From: Epithemia pelagica
Taxonomy: Eukaryota; Protista; Bacillariophyta
Assembly (NCBI GenBank): GCA_946965045.2
Contig: OX337232.1
Span: 2,666,001-2,730,000, forward strand
Reading direction: 5' to 3'
Length of the DNA: 64,000 bases
Made by a program: the position numbers and the translations under genes. The notes beneath the pieces were generated by a model. The model did not search any database, had not been told where the DNA came from, and was given only the letters and a program-made list of their open reading frames with translations. Shown in pieces: positions 47,353 through 58,632 of this stretch; within the stretch, counting starts at the first letter, position 1; each line of letters opens with the position of its first letter.

Positions 47353-48652
47353 CGTCTACTGAGAATATGGGAAGATGGATTCTTTTTGCTCAAAACCAAA
47401 GATCCATTGATAGTGTCGGAAGAAAGCTTGATAGAATTTTGGATATGTCAATCATCATCTGCCAATCAGTGCTTTGCATAAAAAGGATTAAAAATACCGT
47501 AGTTCTCCGTACACCAAAACTAGCAAAACTTGATCCAATCACGTGATGGTATAAAATTTCCACCCATCGCCACATTTCAGCTTTTCTCGTTCAACTGCAC
47601 GCTTTTGCGTTATTTCAAACGTGTGTAAATCACATTTTGACGGTGTTGAGATTTTGTTCTGGTTCCATTCATTTTAGAAAGATCACTCATATGCATAAAT
47701 CAGGTGGTATCTTTGCGGTAGGAACATTGTCACCATATCAGTCCGCATCACACACCCTAGTTACTCCGTGTCCTTCTTCGGACTTCTGGATCTTCAAACT
47801 TCGCTCATCCGGAATCCGGATGTCAACAGAACATCAGGCTCCTATTGTCGCGATGAGGTTTGAATTTCGGATTGAGCTTCCTTCAACTTTCGATGGCAGG
47901 TGATGGAGACTATATCTTCACTTGATTGAAAAACTTTCAGCTCTGCTTATCGAGGAGCTGATAGCGGGAGCAAACTGATGAACCATTAGAGTTCTATCCA
48001 CGCCTGGCGAGGCAACCCTGACTAGTAAAATGTACCGCATGAGAGAACATGGTCTGGGGCATGCATTATCCTAAACTGGGGAAATTTGAAACCCTGACCA
48101 CTCAAATGCTTCACCCTACGAGCAGTCTTCGGAGACAAAACCGCCTGCTGCACAGATTTCAGATTCAGATGGTACTCTGACGGACGTGTCAACATTCAAG
48201 GGGAGGCACAGGCCAACAGAAAGTCTCCATGATCAAACTTTATCGGCCCGTGGTCTCGATTGAAGAGTAATGGTCACGTCAGAAATTCCAAATCGGATCC
48301 AATCATCATACCGCATCATGATCGTCCTTTGATTCGACCAGAAGTCCAATGCTCGTTCTAACAGGCATAAACGACCCTGATAGATGGGAAGAACGCTTCT
48401 TCATTTAATTTTTGGACCCATCAACATGTTACGACGCGATTGCGAGGATGGACAACATGCGAGTGTTGTGCGGTCAAAGGTCGGCAGGAGAATGGCAACC
48501 AAGTTTCGCAGGACTGTGCGAACTCAGCAGACGCCATCAAAGACCTGTTATCTGGATTATGATCCACCGTCCAAGTCTGAATAGATTGACAGCAAGTAGG
48601 AAGAAGAGGGTTTCGAATGAAACGAAAGTACTCGGGTCATGGGGGCCGACGT

Positions 48653-48864
48653 TGTTGGAGGTAGCTGGAGTCGGATGTGCGACTAAGGACAAAGAACAGG
48701 CGAAAATGGATGACGAGAACACGTGGCAGCTGGTGACGCGAAAGAAAAAGAGTCATAGTAGATCTAGTGGTAACGAGGGCACCAAGTGCTCATTCTATCA
48801 ACAATAAGAAGTTATCGATCCTTTTGTTGCTTGTACGGCACTTGGTAGGGATTGTGTTTCAACA
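48653..48864 (+). repeat. 5' LTR of copia D
   Basis: No difference seen relative to 54680-54891. Confidence 0.96.
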
Positions 48865-48910
48865 TATAGTTGATAGAAAACTTTGTATCTTAAGATTGAC
48901 TGTTGCGTTC

Positions 48911-49723
48911 ATGTCCGGAGCTGAGATTCCTTTTGGACCGCCAGTCAATACTCCAGTGACCCGTCTCATCCGTGCACTTGCCCACTTGAAGATTGAGCAG
49001 AATCGCGAACTCAACCAACAAGAACGAGGTCACCAAACCCGACTTCGTGACATCGATCGTCAATACTGGGCCGACAAGGCTCAGTTGGAGCAGCAGTACC
49101 AGCAGCGTCGCGCGGAAGAGTGCCAACAGTACCAACAAACAGTACGAGGCATTCGCCACAACCAGGAAGTTGCCCAACGCGATCTCTACCGTGAAGCAGA
49201 GCAAGCTGAACAAGCACGACGTCAAGCAGAGGTGCAAGAGAATCTCGAAGTCGAAGAAGAGGAACAGCCCGAAGAACCGCACGTCGTAGTAGTACACCGT
49301 GACGAAGTTCAACCAGTCAATCAGGTTCAACAAGACCCAGAAATCCTAGCGGAGGCTCAGCCAATTGGAGTCGTCGCTGAGGAACAGGGACACGAAGAAG
49401 TTCAAGAAGCAATTCCAGACAATTCTCGTGAAAATCCGAGAGAACAAAACCTTCCTCAAGCCCAACCAGTTGCGCGCCGTCTACGAGTAGTACCAGTACG
49501 TCAAGTAGCAGCACGACAACTTGCAGTTGAACTTGCAGTTGGAAGCCGAGTCGGAATCCGAAACGGGATACGCCTCGCAGACCACATCGGCTTGGTACAC
49601 AATCAGGAAGGGCGAGTCACGCGAATTACTGAAGTGTACATCCACATAGAGGTGTGGAATCCAAGAACCAACCACCACGAAGTAATACTAAGACAAGAAC
49701 AAAACGTGCGCCTCATTGAGTAA
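48911..49723 (+). CDS. Accessory ORF (ORF0) of copia D, 270 aa: coiled coil, acidic linker, C-terminal beta-barrel-like domain
   Basis: Intact ORF from the first ATG after the LTR; stop is 8 nt before the gag ATG. Q/E/R-rich heptads; the C-terminal LAVGSRVGIRN...EGRVTRITEVYIHIEV...ILRQEQNVRLI suggests an SH3/KOW/Tudor-type fold. Confidence 0.8.
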   Translation: MSGAEIPFGPPVNTPVTRLIRALAHLKIEQNRELNQQERGHQTRLRDIDRQYWADKAQLEQQYQQRRAEECQQYQQTVRGIRHNQEVAQRDLYREAEQAEQARRQAEVQENLEVEEEEQPEEPHVVVVHRDEVQPVNQVQQDPEILAEAQPIGVVAEEQGHEEVQEAIPDNSRENPREQNLPQAQPVARRLRVVPVRQVAARQLAVELAVGSRVGIRNGIRLADHIGLVHNQEGRVTRITEVYIHIEVWNPRTNHHEVILRQEQNVRLIE

Positions 49724-49731
49724 CCACCAAG

Positions 49732-52700
49732 ATGTCCAGCAATCAAACAGATGGCCCAAGGCCTGATCAAGCGACATCATCTTCGAACCAGTCCCAAGGA
49801 CGTGGTAACCAAGGTCGTGGAGGACGAGGAGGACGCGGACGATCGAACCAAGGTCGAGGACAGCGCCAAAATCAACCAAAGTTTGAAGGGCAAGAGCCGC
49901 TGCTCAAGGAGTGCATATTTGATTATGCCCATGATGCACAATCAAAGAAGTACCTGAAGAACATCGAGCTACTTGTCGGATACGTGGGGACCAAGTTCCC
50001 GAAGTATAACATGATTTTTCAACGTGGAATAGAGAATTTGGAAATTCCTCCACCGCAAAGGCCAGAAATCCCTGAAGACGAAAGCACCATGACGATGCTA
50101 GCCGTCGAGCAGTGGAAAATGGAGTTCAAGCAGATACAAGAGCAAGAAGTTGCAATTGGCAGTTTCAAGTCGTCGCTGTACAGTCTCTTGCTCGGCCAGT
50201 CAACACCCGTACTCAAAGACAAGCTCAAGGCACACGCGTCGTTCGAAAGCATTCAAACAAGTCGTGATGGAATCGAACTACTCAAGTTAATCAAGAGTAT
50301 CACCTTCACCTACGATAGTGATAGAGTCTACACTGGAATGGCCATGGATAAAGTGAGGGCAGACTTCTACACCATGAAGCGCCATCCTGGCCAGTCGATC
50401 CAGGCATTCTATGAAGCCTTCACTGCGAAGGTAAAGATCATGAGGGAGTTGGGAGTGGTGTTATGCGACCCAACCTACGTGAATGAAATAGCCAAGAAAA
50501 ATGAGCGAACAACTGCTGAGGATGCCGACAGGGAAGAGGCAGAAGAAAGGATGATCGCAAATAGATTCATCAGGGCGTGTGGAGTGAAGGAGTATGAGGC
50601 TCATCTCCACAACAGCTTCTTGGATGGGAACACGATATACCCAACAACCGTGGCAAATGCCCGTGCAATCATTGATGCACGAATGGTTCGCGGTGATAGC
50701 CAACAGAACAATAATAACAACAACAATCAGAACCAAGGACAAGGGACAGGCACTGGTGTAGCTTTTGTGGCTGGGAACTCTAATGCAAGCGAGCATGGGT
50801 CATCAGAGAACAGCCAAAATGCATCTAGCTCAGAAGGTTCGCGCTCAAATGCAATTTGTACTGACAACCACTACTCTGTCTCACATATATTCGCTGCCTC
50901 TACTTTGTCACAGGATAATGTCCCTCCCCATTGGGTCCTATTGGACAGCCAAGCAACAGTTAGCATTTTCAGTAACAAGAAACTTATTACCAACATCACA
51001 AAGGTGGCAACAAGCATGACCATCCGAGGCCTTTGTGGTAAAAGAACAACCAACCTACAGGCCCAAGTCAAGAATTATGGTACCGTATAGTACGACCCAG
51101 GCGGTTGGGTGAACATTTTATCTATGCATCAAGTGAAAAGAGCACATAGTATCCATTTCAATAGCGTGAAAGAAGACGAATTCATTGTCCGGGCAATACT
51201 GACAGGGGAAATCACAGATATATTCCGCCCCAGCCCTGAAGGACTGTACTATACTAGCTGGCCAAGTGCCCCATTCACACACGGCTCTGTTTTAGTTAGT
51301 ACAGTTAAAGACAATAAGACATCATATTCGAAACAAGATATCAAACGGGCTGAAGCCGTAAGGCAACTGCAAGCCAAGATAGGACGGCCAAACACCCGAG
51401 AATTCATCACAATCCTTGATGCAAAGATGATCAACAATTGCCCATATACAAGCAAGGACGTAAAGATTGCTGAAAGTCTGTTTGGGCCCGATATAGGAAC
51501 GCTAAAAGGAAAGACCGTGCGATCAAAGCCAACCAAAGTGCACACGGAGGAAATTAAGGAGTGTAGAATCCCTGCCGAATATCAAGATGTCACACTTGGG
51601 ATGGATGTTATGCATGTGAATGGTGTGGGGTTCCTAGTGACCGTGTCACAAAACATCAAGTTCGGAACCATTGACGTAATCTCAAGTACACAAGATAGTG
51701 AAATCGTCCAGTCAATCAAGAAAGTGGTCAGTACCTACAGAAGAGGGGGCCTGCGGCCTAAAATTATACTAGCTGATGGTGCCTTCGACACCACAGAGAT
51801 TAACAATGCCCTTGGACTACTGGGAATAAAATTGAATCCGACGTCACGAGAAGAACATGTCGGTGACATTGAGCGTTACATCAGAACAATCAAAGAGAGA
51901 ATGAGATGCGTGTACAACACCCTACCATTTAGCTTTGTCCCGCGGATAATGGTGATGGAGCTTGGGAAATTCGCTGTCTACTGGCTGAACTCATTCCCGG
52001 CCAAGAATGGAATATCAGACCGGTCAAGCCCTCGATTATTGGTAACTGGTGAGGATATCGACTTTCACAAGCACTGTCAGTACGAGTTCGGGCAGTACGT
52101 ACAAGTACACGAACCGCATAACAACACCATGCAGCCACGAACAGTCGGAGCAATTGCACTCCGACCAACAGGAAACAAACAAGGGGGTTACTACTTTATG
52201 AGTTTGGTAACCGGGAGAATTCTAAACCGGGCAAAAGCAACGATATTGCCAATGCCCGAAGGAATAGAGAAAAGAGTAGCGGCATTGACAGCAACACAAG
52301 ACCAATATCCTGAATTGGCCTTTGGAAATCGTGACAACCGAATCACAATGGTTAATTTTGAGGATCTTGGCTATAATGAGGACGACGACGAGGATTATGT
52401 TGTACATGAGGATTTTGACGAAGTATTAAGACATGATGATGAGTTTATTGCTGAGGAGCTGGCTGATGTTGAGGATGACGAACCAGTGGGGGAGGACATT
52501 GTCGCTGATGATTATGTAAGTGATGGAGATGGAGAGGATGAAGGAGTGTTGGATGGTCTGGAGGACGAGGAGCCTGAAGAACATGGTTTGAATGATGAGG
52601 AAGGTGACAACGTGGTAGACAATGTAGCTAACGTGGAGCATAATGTGGATGATCACTTGGAACCAGCACCGGAACCCAATTCGGGTCCAACTACAGCTCC

Positions 52701-54834
52701 GAATGCAGAGGCACACCAAATGGAGAATGCCTCGGTACAAAATCAGGAAGACACTAAAGAAATTATTGAGCAATTCATGGAGCAAGCTACGGCCGATGAT
52801 GAGATGGCAAATAACAATAATGAAGCACATGAAGTGGAGACAGACAGCAATGAGTTGGATATGGAGACTGCGAGAAGAGAACCGAACGAGGGTCCAACTG
52901 CAGCTCCCAGTGGAGATGATGCAAACAGGGCGAGTCCACCACGACACCAATACAACCTACGAACCAATCGAGAACGGAATTATGCCCATCGTTATCACGG
53001 TGATATCTATGTTAGCAGCAGTACTGTTCAGGACCTGTCGACACCACAAATGAGCATGAAACAAGGGGTGAGACTGTTCGGAGATGCAGGAGTGGCAGCA
53101 GTGAAAACTGAAGTTGTTCAACTTCACGAACGAGAAGTCATAAGAGCAATACAGAAAAGCAGTCTTACACCGGGACAAATAAGAGAAGTGTTAGGATACT
53201 TAATGTTCCTTAAACGAAAGAGGAATGGGAAAATAAAAGGAAGAGGATGTGCAGACGGACGGAAACAAAGAGCATACATTGCCAAGGAAGATGCAACCTC
53301 ACCGACTGTCAGTACAGATGCTGTATTTATCACAGCAATCATTGACGCCATGGAGGGTCGCTGTGTGACTGTTGTAGATATACCAGGTGCATTCATGCAA
53401 GTCATGATGGACAAAGGTGTGCACATGAGAATCACGGGACTAATGGCAACACTTTTGATCGAGATCGATTCAAGTTACAAACAGTTTGTTGTGTATGAAC
53501 ATGGCGAACCGGTCATCTATGTTGAATTGCTACGTGCTCTGTACGGAACTCTTCGGGCAGCTCGGCTGTTTTGGGAGCGTCTGTCAGCTGAGATCAAGGA
53601 GTGGGGATTCATTATCAACCCATATGACAGCTGTGTGGCGAATAAGGTGATCAACGGGTCACAATGTACCATAACCTGGCACATTGATGACCTGAAAATA
53701 TCACACAAGGAAGACAAAGTGGTTAGTGACATTGTGGATCAAATCAAGCATAGCTTCGGTCAGCTGGGAGAAATCTCAGTATCGGAAGGAAAAAGACATG
53801 ATTACCTGGGCATGTACCTGGATTATACCGAGCCTGGGGTATTGATTGTTGACATGAGAAGTTACATTCAAAATGCATTGGACAAAATGCCGAAACAGTT
53901 CAAAGGGAAAGCAGTGACCCCTGCTGCACAACATTTGTTTGCAGTAAACGACAATGCTCCAAAGCTCAACAAGGAAAAGAGTGAATACTTCCATAGTCTG
54001 GTGATGCAATTGATGTATCTTGCCCACCGTGGTCGCCCCGATATCCGTGTAGCCATCGGATTCCTGAGCACAAGAGTTGCAGCACCCGACCTTGACGATT
54101 GGAGAAAGTTGAGTCGGGTCATGAAGTATTTACAATCAACCTTTGATTTGTTGTTGCGTCTCGAGTGTGATGGAAGTGGACGGGTGCAATGGTGGATTGA
54201 TGCATCGTATGCCGTACACCCCGACATGCGAGGTCACACTGGTGCAGTGATGAGTCTAGGTAAAGGTGGTGCCATGAACATGTCGAGTAAACAAAAGCTT
54301 GTGTCACGAAGTTCCACGGAAAGTGAACTGATTGGGGTTCATGACGGACTGCCAAATTTGTTGTGGTGCCGAAATTTTCTGCACCATCAAGGGTATCAAC
54401 CTAAAGACGTTGTGCTGTACCAAGATAATATGAGCGCATTACAGTTAGAGAAAAATGGACGCGCATCAAGCAGCAAGAGAACGAAACACATCAACGTACG
54501 CTATTTTTACGTGAAAGACCGGATTGCGAAGAAAGAATTGCGTGTGGAACATTGCCCAACCGAAGAGATGTTGGCTGACTTCCACACTAAGCCACTGCAA
54601 GGTCATCTGTTTTACAAGTTTTGCGACGCTATCCTCCATATTCCAAAAAGTGATCCACATCACTCTTCGAAAAGGAGTGTGTTGGAGGTAGCTGGAGTCG
54701 GATGTGCGACTAAGGACAAAGAACAGGCGAAAATGGATGACGAGAACACGTGGCAGCTGGTGACGCGAAAGAAAAAGAGTCATAGTAGATCTAGTGGTAA
54801 CGAGGGCACCAAGTGCTCATTCTATCAACAATAA
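49732..54834 (+). pseudogene. gag-pol: Copia D single-frame gag-pol with one nonsense codon
   Basis: ORFs 49732-51090 and 51109-54834 are in frame with TAG at 51088 (GTV*YDP, where W is expected). PR LLDSQAT, IN EHVGDIER, RT WHIDD, RH WIDASY. The frame runs into the 3' LTR. Confidence 0.9.
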
Positions 54835-54891
54835 GAAGTTATCGATCCTTTTGTTGCTTGTACGGCACTTGGTAGGGATTGTGTTTCAACA
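54680..54891 (+). repeat. 3' LTR of copia D
   Basis: Identical to the 5' LTR and followed by the TSD GACGT. Confidence 0.96.
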
Positions 54892-56049
54892 GACGTTAGA
54901 AGTTCCCTGTGACTCAGAAGCGACTTAAAGAGCGTCGATTGTCGATTGCTTCTTGGGATTCCCTTATAAACATTTCTTGCAAGGGGCTTTATTATCTGCC
55001 ATGAAACCCAACGGTTTTCTAAGACCTCTACAGTCATCCATTTACCCCACCAGCATTTCTATTTTGTTTCTTTGCAACGCAAACGACGCCTCCATCAACA
55101 CACACACAACGAAAACTCGTTCATATTCTCCCCTTGGTACCTAGTCCAGCACAACAAGAAAAAGAAACGAAAGACCATGTCGCGACGTGAAAGTGAATTC
55201 CATGGTGTGACCGTGTTTTCCCCCTTTGTCATGTTGATTGAAAGATATGCCAGAAAACGCCGTGCGGCGGTTGTGAAATCTCGCACGCAAAAGAGGGAAC
55301 GATACAACAGTGGGGAACCGATTGAAATTGTCAATGCCGATGGCAGTATCACCCGAGTGATCTCGGTAGTTCCAATTCCCTCCGAGAATTCCCTTACGTA
55401 AGGAGAGAAGATTTGACTCCTGAATGGTGGCTGTGGATTACGACAAAAACAAAGACAAGGACTGGGATGAGAATGGATGAATGGAGAGAAGAATACAAGA
55501 CGCCATCAGCATGAAGACCGAACGAAGAAAGAGTTATCTCGCTATTGGAAGTGAAGTGGGAAGGATCGTGCTTCGAAACACCCTGTAATTTATCTCCTTG
55601 ACCGTAATGTTCAGAAATAGAACCTTTGATTTGAATATTTCATTGCTGCGAGGAGTATCACGATTGACTTTGAGCCAGATTGTTTTTGAACTGGCGTTTG
55701 GGAATTGTAACTTGACCACTGGTTCGATCGACATGATTCGTTGCAGAAGGCTCATTCGCCCGTCAAAAAGTTCGAGGTCCAATTCATCGAGGGATGGTTT
55801 CGTGGGTGGGGGCGTTGGGCGTGTACGGACTAGTACTGCTCCCGAACTCCTGTCGCGTCACGACGTACGCACGACAGACAAGTACGGCAAACATTGTAGC
55901 GCACATCGATAATCAATAATCAATAATCACATTACTTTTTTTGTTGCTGATTGATCAAGTCCATCGTAGATCGTAGGGGTATGACGGTAGTAAACCGACC
56001 TCGTTCGCACTAGCTAGAACAAGTGATACTAGCTGGTAGATCAAGGACA

Positions 56050-56988
56050 ATGGACGAGGAGAAGAAAGACGAGTCACCACAGAAACAAGTAAAGGGAAAG
56101 CGAGGTCCTCTTGCTGTCGAGACAGCGAGCGACAAAGAAGACAAAGACGACTACAGTTTCAAAGAAGAATTGGAACTTCCCAAGGAACTTTGGGGGTTAA
56201 GGGATAATATATTTGAGTTTGAGGAGGATCTGGAATTGGAGCTCTGGCGCCGTGGCTTTCCTGATCTACCAGTTGTCCTTGATCCCGAGAATGGAAGGGC
56301 CAGACTACGCATGCCCACAGGGGCGCACAACCAGGTTACATCAGAATATGCAGAATTTTTCAAAAGCGTGTGGAAGGGTACCGCATGTGTAATTAACAGC
56401 GACAATAATGTGTACATAGATGTACAACAGTCGGGTCGCAAAATTTATACCAGGGAACCTGACCTTGCATTCTGGGGGCCTGCCAAGACTTCTACCAAAA
56501 CAAGATGTGGGGCAACAATTTTGACCCCTCTGAACTTGGACAATCCACCTAAACGACACTCCTGTAGAGATCAAGTAGAAAGAGTCAACCCTGATGTTGT
56601 CATCCAGTTTAGCTGGAAGAATGGAGATTCCTACGAAGAAAAGGCGATTGATGACATGATGAATAGAACACTTGTGGTGTACAACCCTCCTCAAGCGAAC
56701 AACAGCCCACCAAAACTTGGCTATCTCATCAAGATCCGCACAAAGGCTAACAAGAGGACTGCTGATGACCGCTTGATTTTGCGAGCGATCGACGTTTACA
56801 GGATTCCAAATGGTGCCACCAAACAAGATGCCATCAAAAATAGAAAAGGGGCTTCCTACTCCAGATACCAACCTGGCGGTACTGATGTCCTCATTCAAAT
56901 CACACCAGAGGATCTCGGGGATACAACGACACCCCCACCACCCACCTTTACAATCAAAGCGAGCGATCTTTTCAATGATCTTTCGTAG
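56050..56988 (+). CDS. Uma2-like putative PD-(D/E)xK endonuclease-fold protein
   Basis: MPTGAHN, REPDLAFW and NPDVVIQFSW segments resemble Uma2 family motifs; intronless. Confidence 0.55.
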   Translation: MDEEKKDESPQKQVKGKRGPLAVETASDKEDKDDYSFKEELELPKELWGLRDNIFEFEEDLELELWRRGFPDLPVVLDPENGRARLRMPTGAHNQVTSEYAEFFKSVWKGTACVINSDNNVYIDVQQSGRKIYTREPDLAFWGPAKTSTKTRCGATILTPLNLDNPPKRHSCRDQVERVNPDVVIQFSWKNGDSYEEKAIDDMMNRTLVVYNPPQANNSPPKLGYLIKIRTKANKRTADDRLILRAIDVYRIPNGATKQDAIKNRKGASYSRYQPGGTDVLIQITPEDLGDTTTPPPPTFTIKASDLFNDLS

Positions 56989-57274
56989 ATCGCTTGAAAC
57001 TAATAGAAACTATCATAGAGACTATCCACGAACATGTTTCTCGGTTCCCTTTTAGAGAACGAAATATGCCTATGGAAGACATAATATGTTGGTAGATAGT
57101 AGGAAACGTAAGAGAGCAAACAGTAGGAGTAGTTAATTTCATATTTTACCTTGTATCTTGTTTGCGTCCAACAACGAATTCCCGAGTACGAAGGAAGAGT
57201 ATCATAACTCAAAAGAGATTTGATGAATTACTCCTATCAAGGAAATAGTCCGAGCGCCTCAGAGTGACCCGCTT

Positions 57275-57904
57275 CCGGAGGCGATTGCCTAGCCCGAAGC
57301 CCGCTTAGCCCAAGCCCAGCTCGAATCGACTCAGGTGCAGTTTGCCGACACCCCAACGACATCGGCATCTGAAGCGACGTATGCTACTTCTAGCGCGATT
57401 GTGGCGATCGCTCATGATCTGGAAGTGGTGGCCGAAGTGCCCGAAGCTGACATTGCCCAAATTCGGCCTGGGCAAGCAGTCGAGATTGTGGCTTATGCCT
57501 TTGCCGACCAGATCTTTGAAGGGCGGGAAGGATTGATTGCCCCGGCAGCGGTAGAGCTGCAAAATGTGACGCTCTTTCAGGTGAGGATTGAACTGCTCTC
57601 TGGGCAAGCTATGCTGCTTTCTAACATGGATGTGAATGTGGCATTTATTGGCGATGAGTTAATGGATGCTTTGGTGGTGCCGACGGTTGCCATCATTACG
57701 CAAAACGGTCAGTCAGGGGCGTTGGTGCCGGGAGCCCGCGATCGTATCCGCTTTCGCCCGGTTGTATTGGGGTCTCAAGCCAGTAATCAGATTCAGATTG
57801 TGGAAGGGGTTGAAGAAGGCGATCGTGTCTTTGTGGACTTACCCCCTGGGAAAACCCTGGAAAACCTCAGCTTTGGTCGTGATACTCAATCCGACGACGA
57901 ATAA
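57275..57904 (+). pseudogene. 5'-truncated, decayed HlyD/RND efflux periplasmic adaptor gene, cyanobacterial-like
   Basis: PEAIA*PEARLAQAQ with a TAG at 57290, then TPTTSASEAT..TSSAIVAIA, VPEADIAQIRPGQ, ALVVPTVAI and QIVEGVEEGDRVFV. The usual VIRAPF...GAFV hairpin segment appears deleted. Confidence 0.82.
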
Positions 57905-57974
57905 GAAGGCATACAAAATGGTGGTCGGAATTTTGCTCCTGGAGAAGACGAAATCTCAGACATGTCATACAGTT

Positions 57975-58430
57975 TTAGCTTTGTAATGCCCAATATCGAG
58001 CCGACAGGCAGGACATCCCAGCCAAGGAGAAAGCTTGCAGCAAAGTCTGGTGCAGAGTTAATGATCTCAGAGCGTTTCGGGTTAACTGCGTCAACTGATG
58101 AGATAACGCTTGCTGTAATTCATTGAGGTCCAACCAGAGTCGATTCGACAACCGTCCTTTCAGCAGCGCCCACAGTTGTTCAATAGCATTCGACTCTGGG
58201 CTGTAAGGCGGCTGCAAGTAAAACGCGACATTCGAGGGTATTGCCAAGTTGGTAGCCCGATGGACAGCGCTTTGGTCCCGTTGAATGATGTGCATGTCAT
58301 CGGGGTTGGAATAATCCCTGCTAACGGCTGCCAAGACCTCGCCAAAGCAAAGGTGGTCCAGCCGCGAATACTCCCAAAAGAATGATTCACCGGTGAGTGG
58401 TCCGACTGTCCCGCTGCCCAGGAAGTTTGA
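57975..58430 (-). pseudogene. IS630-family transposase C-terminal fragment (DDE_3), cyanobacterial-like
   Basis: PLTGESFFWEYS, MHIIQRDQSAVH and QPPYSPESNAIEQLW are degenerate IS630 motifs (IIQLDQ, PPYSPELNPIE); the N-terminus is missing. Confidence 0.85.
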
Positions 58431-58632
58431 GATGCTTAATGTCATCAATAGGACTTGCTTCAATCAAAGTTCTATTCGTTCTTGGTCGCCCCACTCTCCC
58501 GACCAGGTTGCGCGAGCCTCTTGCCTGGGAGTCTCGTTGGCGGCGCATCGCCCTCGTCAGAGTCGCCTTGGTCTGTATTACCTTATCTTACTCCAGAGAG
58601 GGTTTGGGTTAGCCCTTGCACTTCTGTTGTTG

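Larger units (their letters stand above)
42720..48330. repeat. Diverged tandem segmental duplication (about 42.7-45.3 kb vs about 46.15-48.3 kb)
   Basis: Shared blocks include GTGTAGATAGA(T/C)CATAGTC...CTCTTAGAATG (about 42725 and 46162), GAATTTCGGA(C/T)TGAGCTT (about 44775 and 47862) and ATGATCAAAC (about 45142 and 48230). Boundaries are approximate. Confidence 0.75.
48653..54891 (+). mobile_element. Ty1/copia LTR retrotransposon D, full length and very recent
   Basis: Identical 212-bp LTRs (48653-48864 and 54680-54891, TG...CA), TSD GACGT (48648-52 and 54892-96), PPT GAAAAGGAG at 54669-54677. Confidence 0.97.

Noticed and set aside
48412-48910. ORF 48412-48807 and the GTG-start extension of ORF0 from 48767
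   Set aside because: They span flank/LTR sequence; the first ATG after the LTR (48911) is the more plausible start.
51088-51090. TAG in copia D as a programmed readthrough site
   Set aside because: It falls inside the protease region where Trp is expected (TGG to TAG), so it is better explained as a mutation.
55072-55912. Small ORFs downstream of copia D
   Set aside because: Short, overlapping on both strands, and without identifiable homology.
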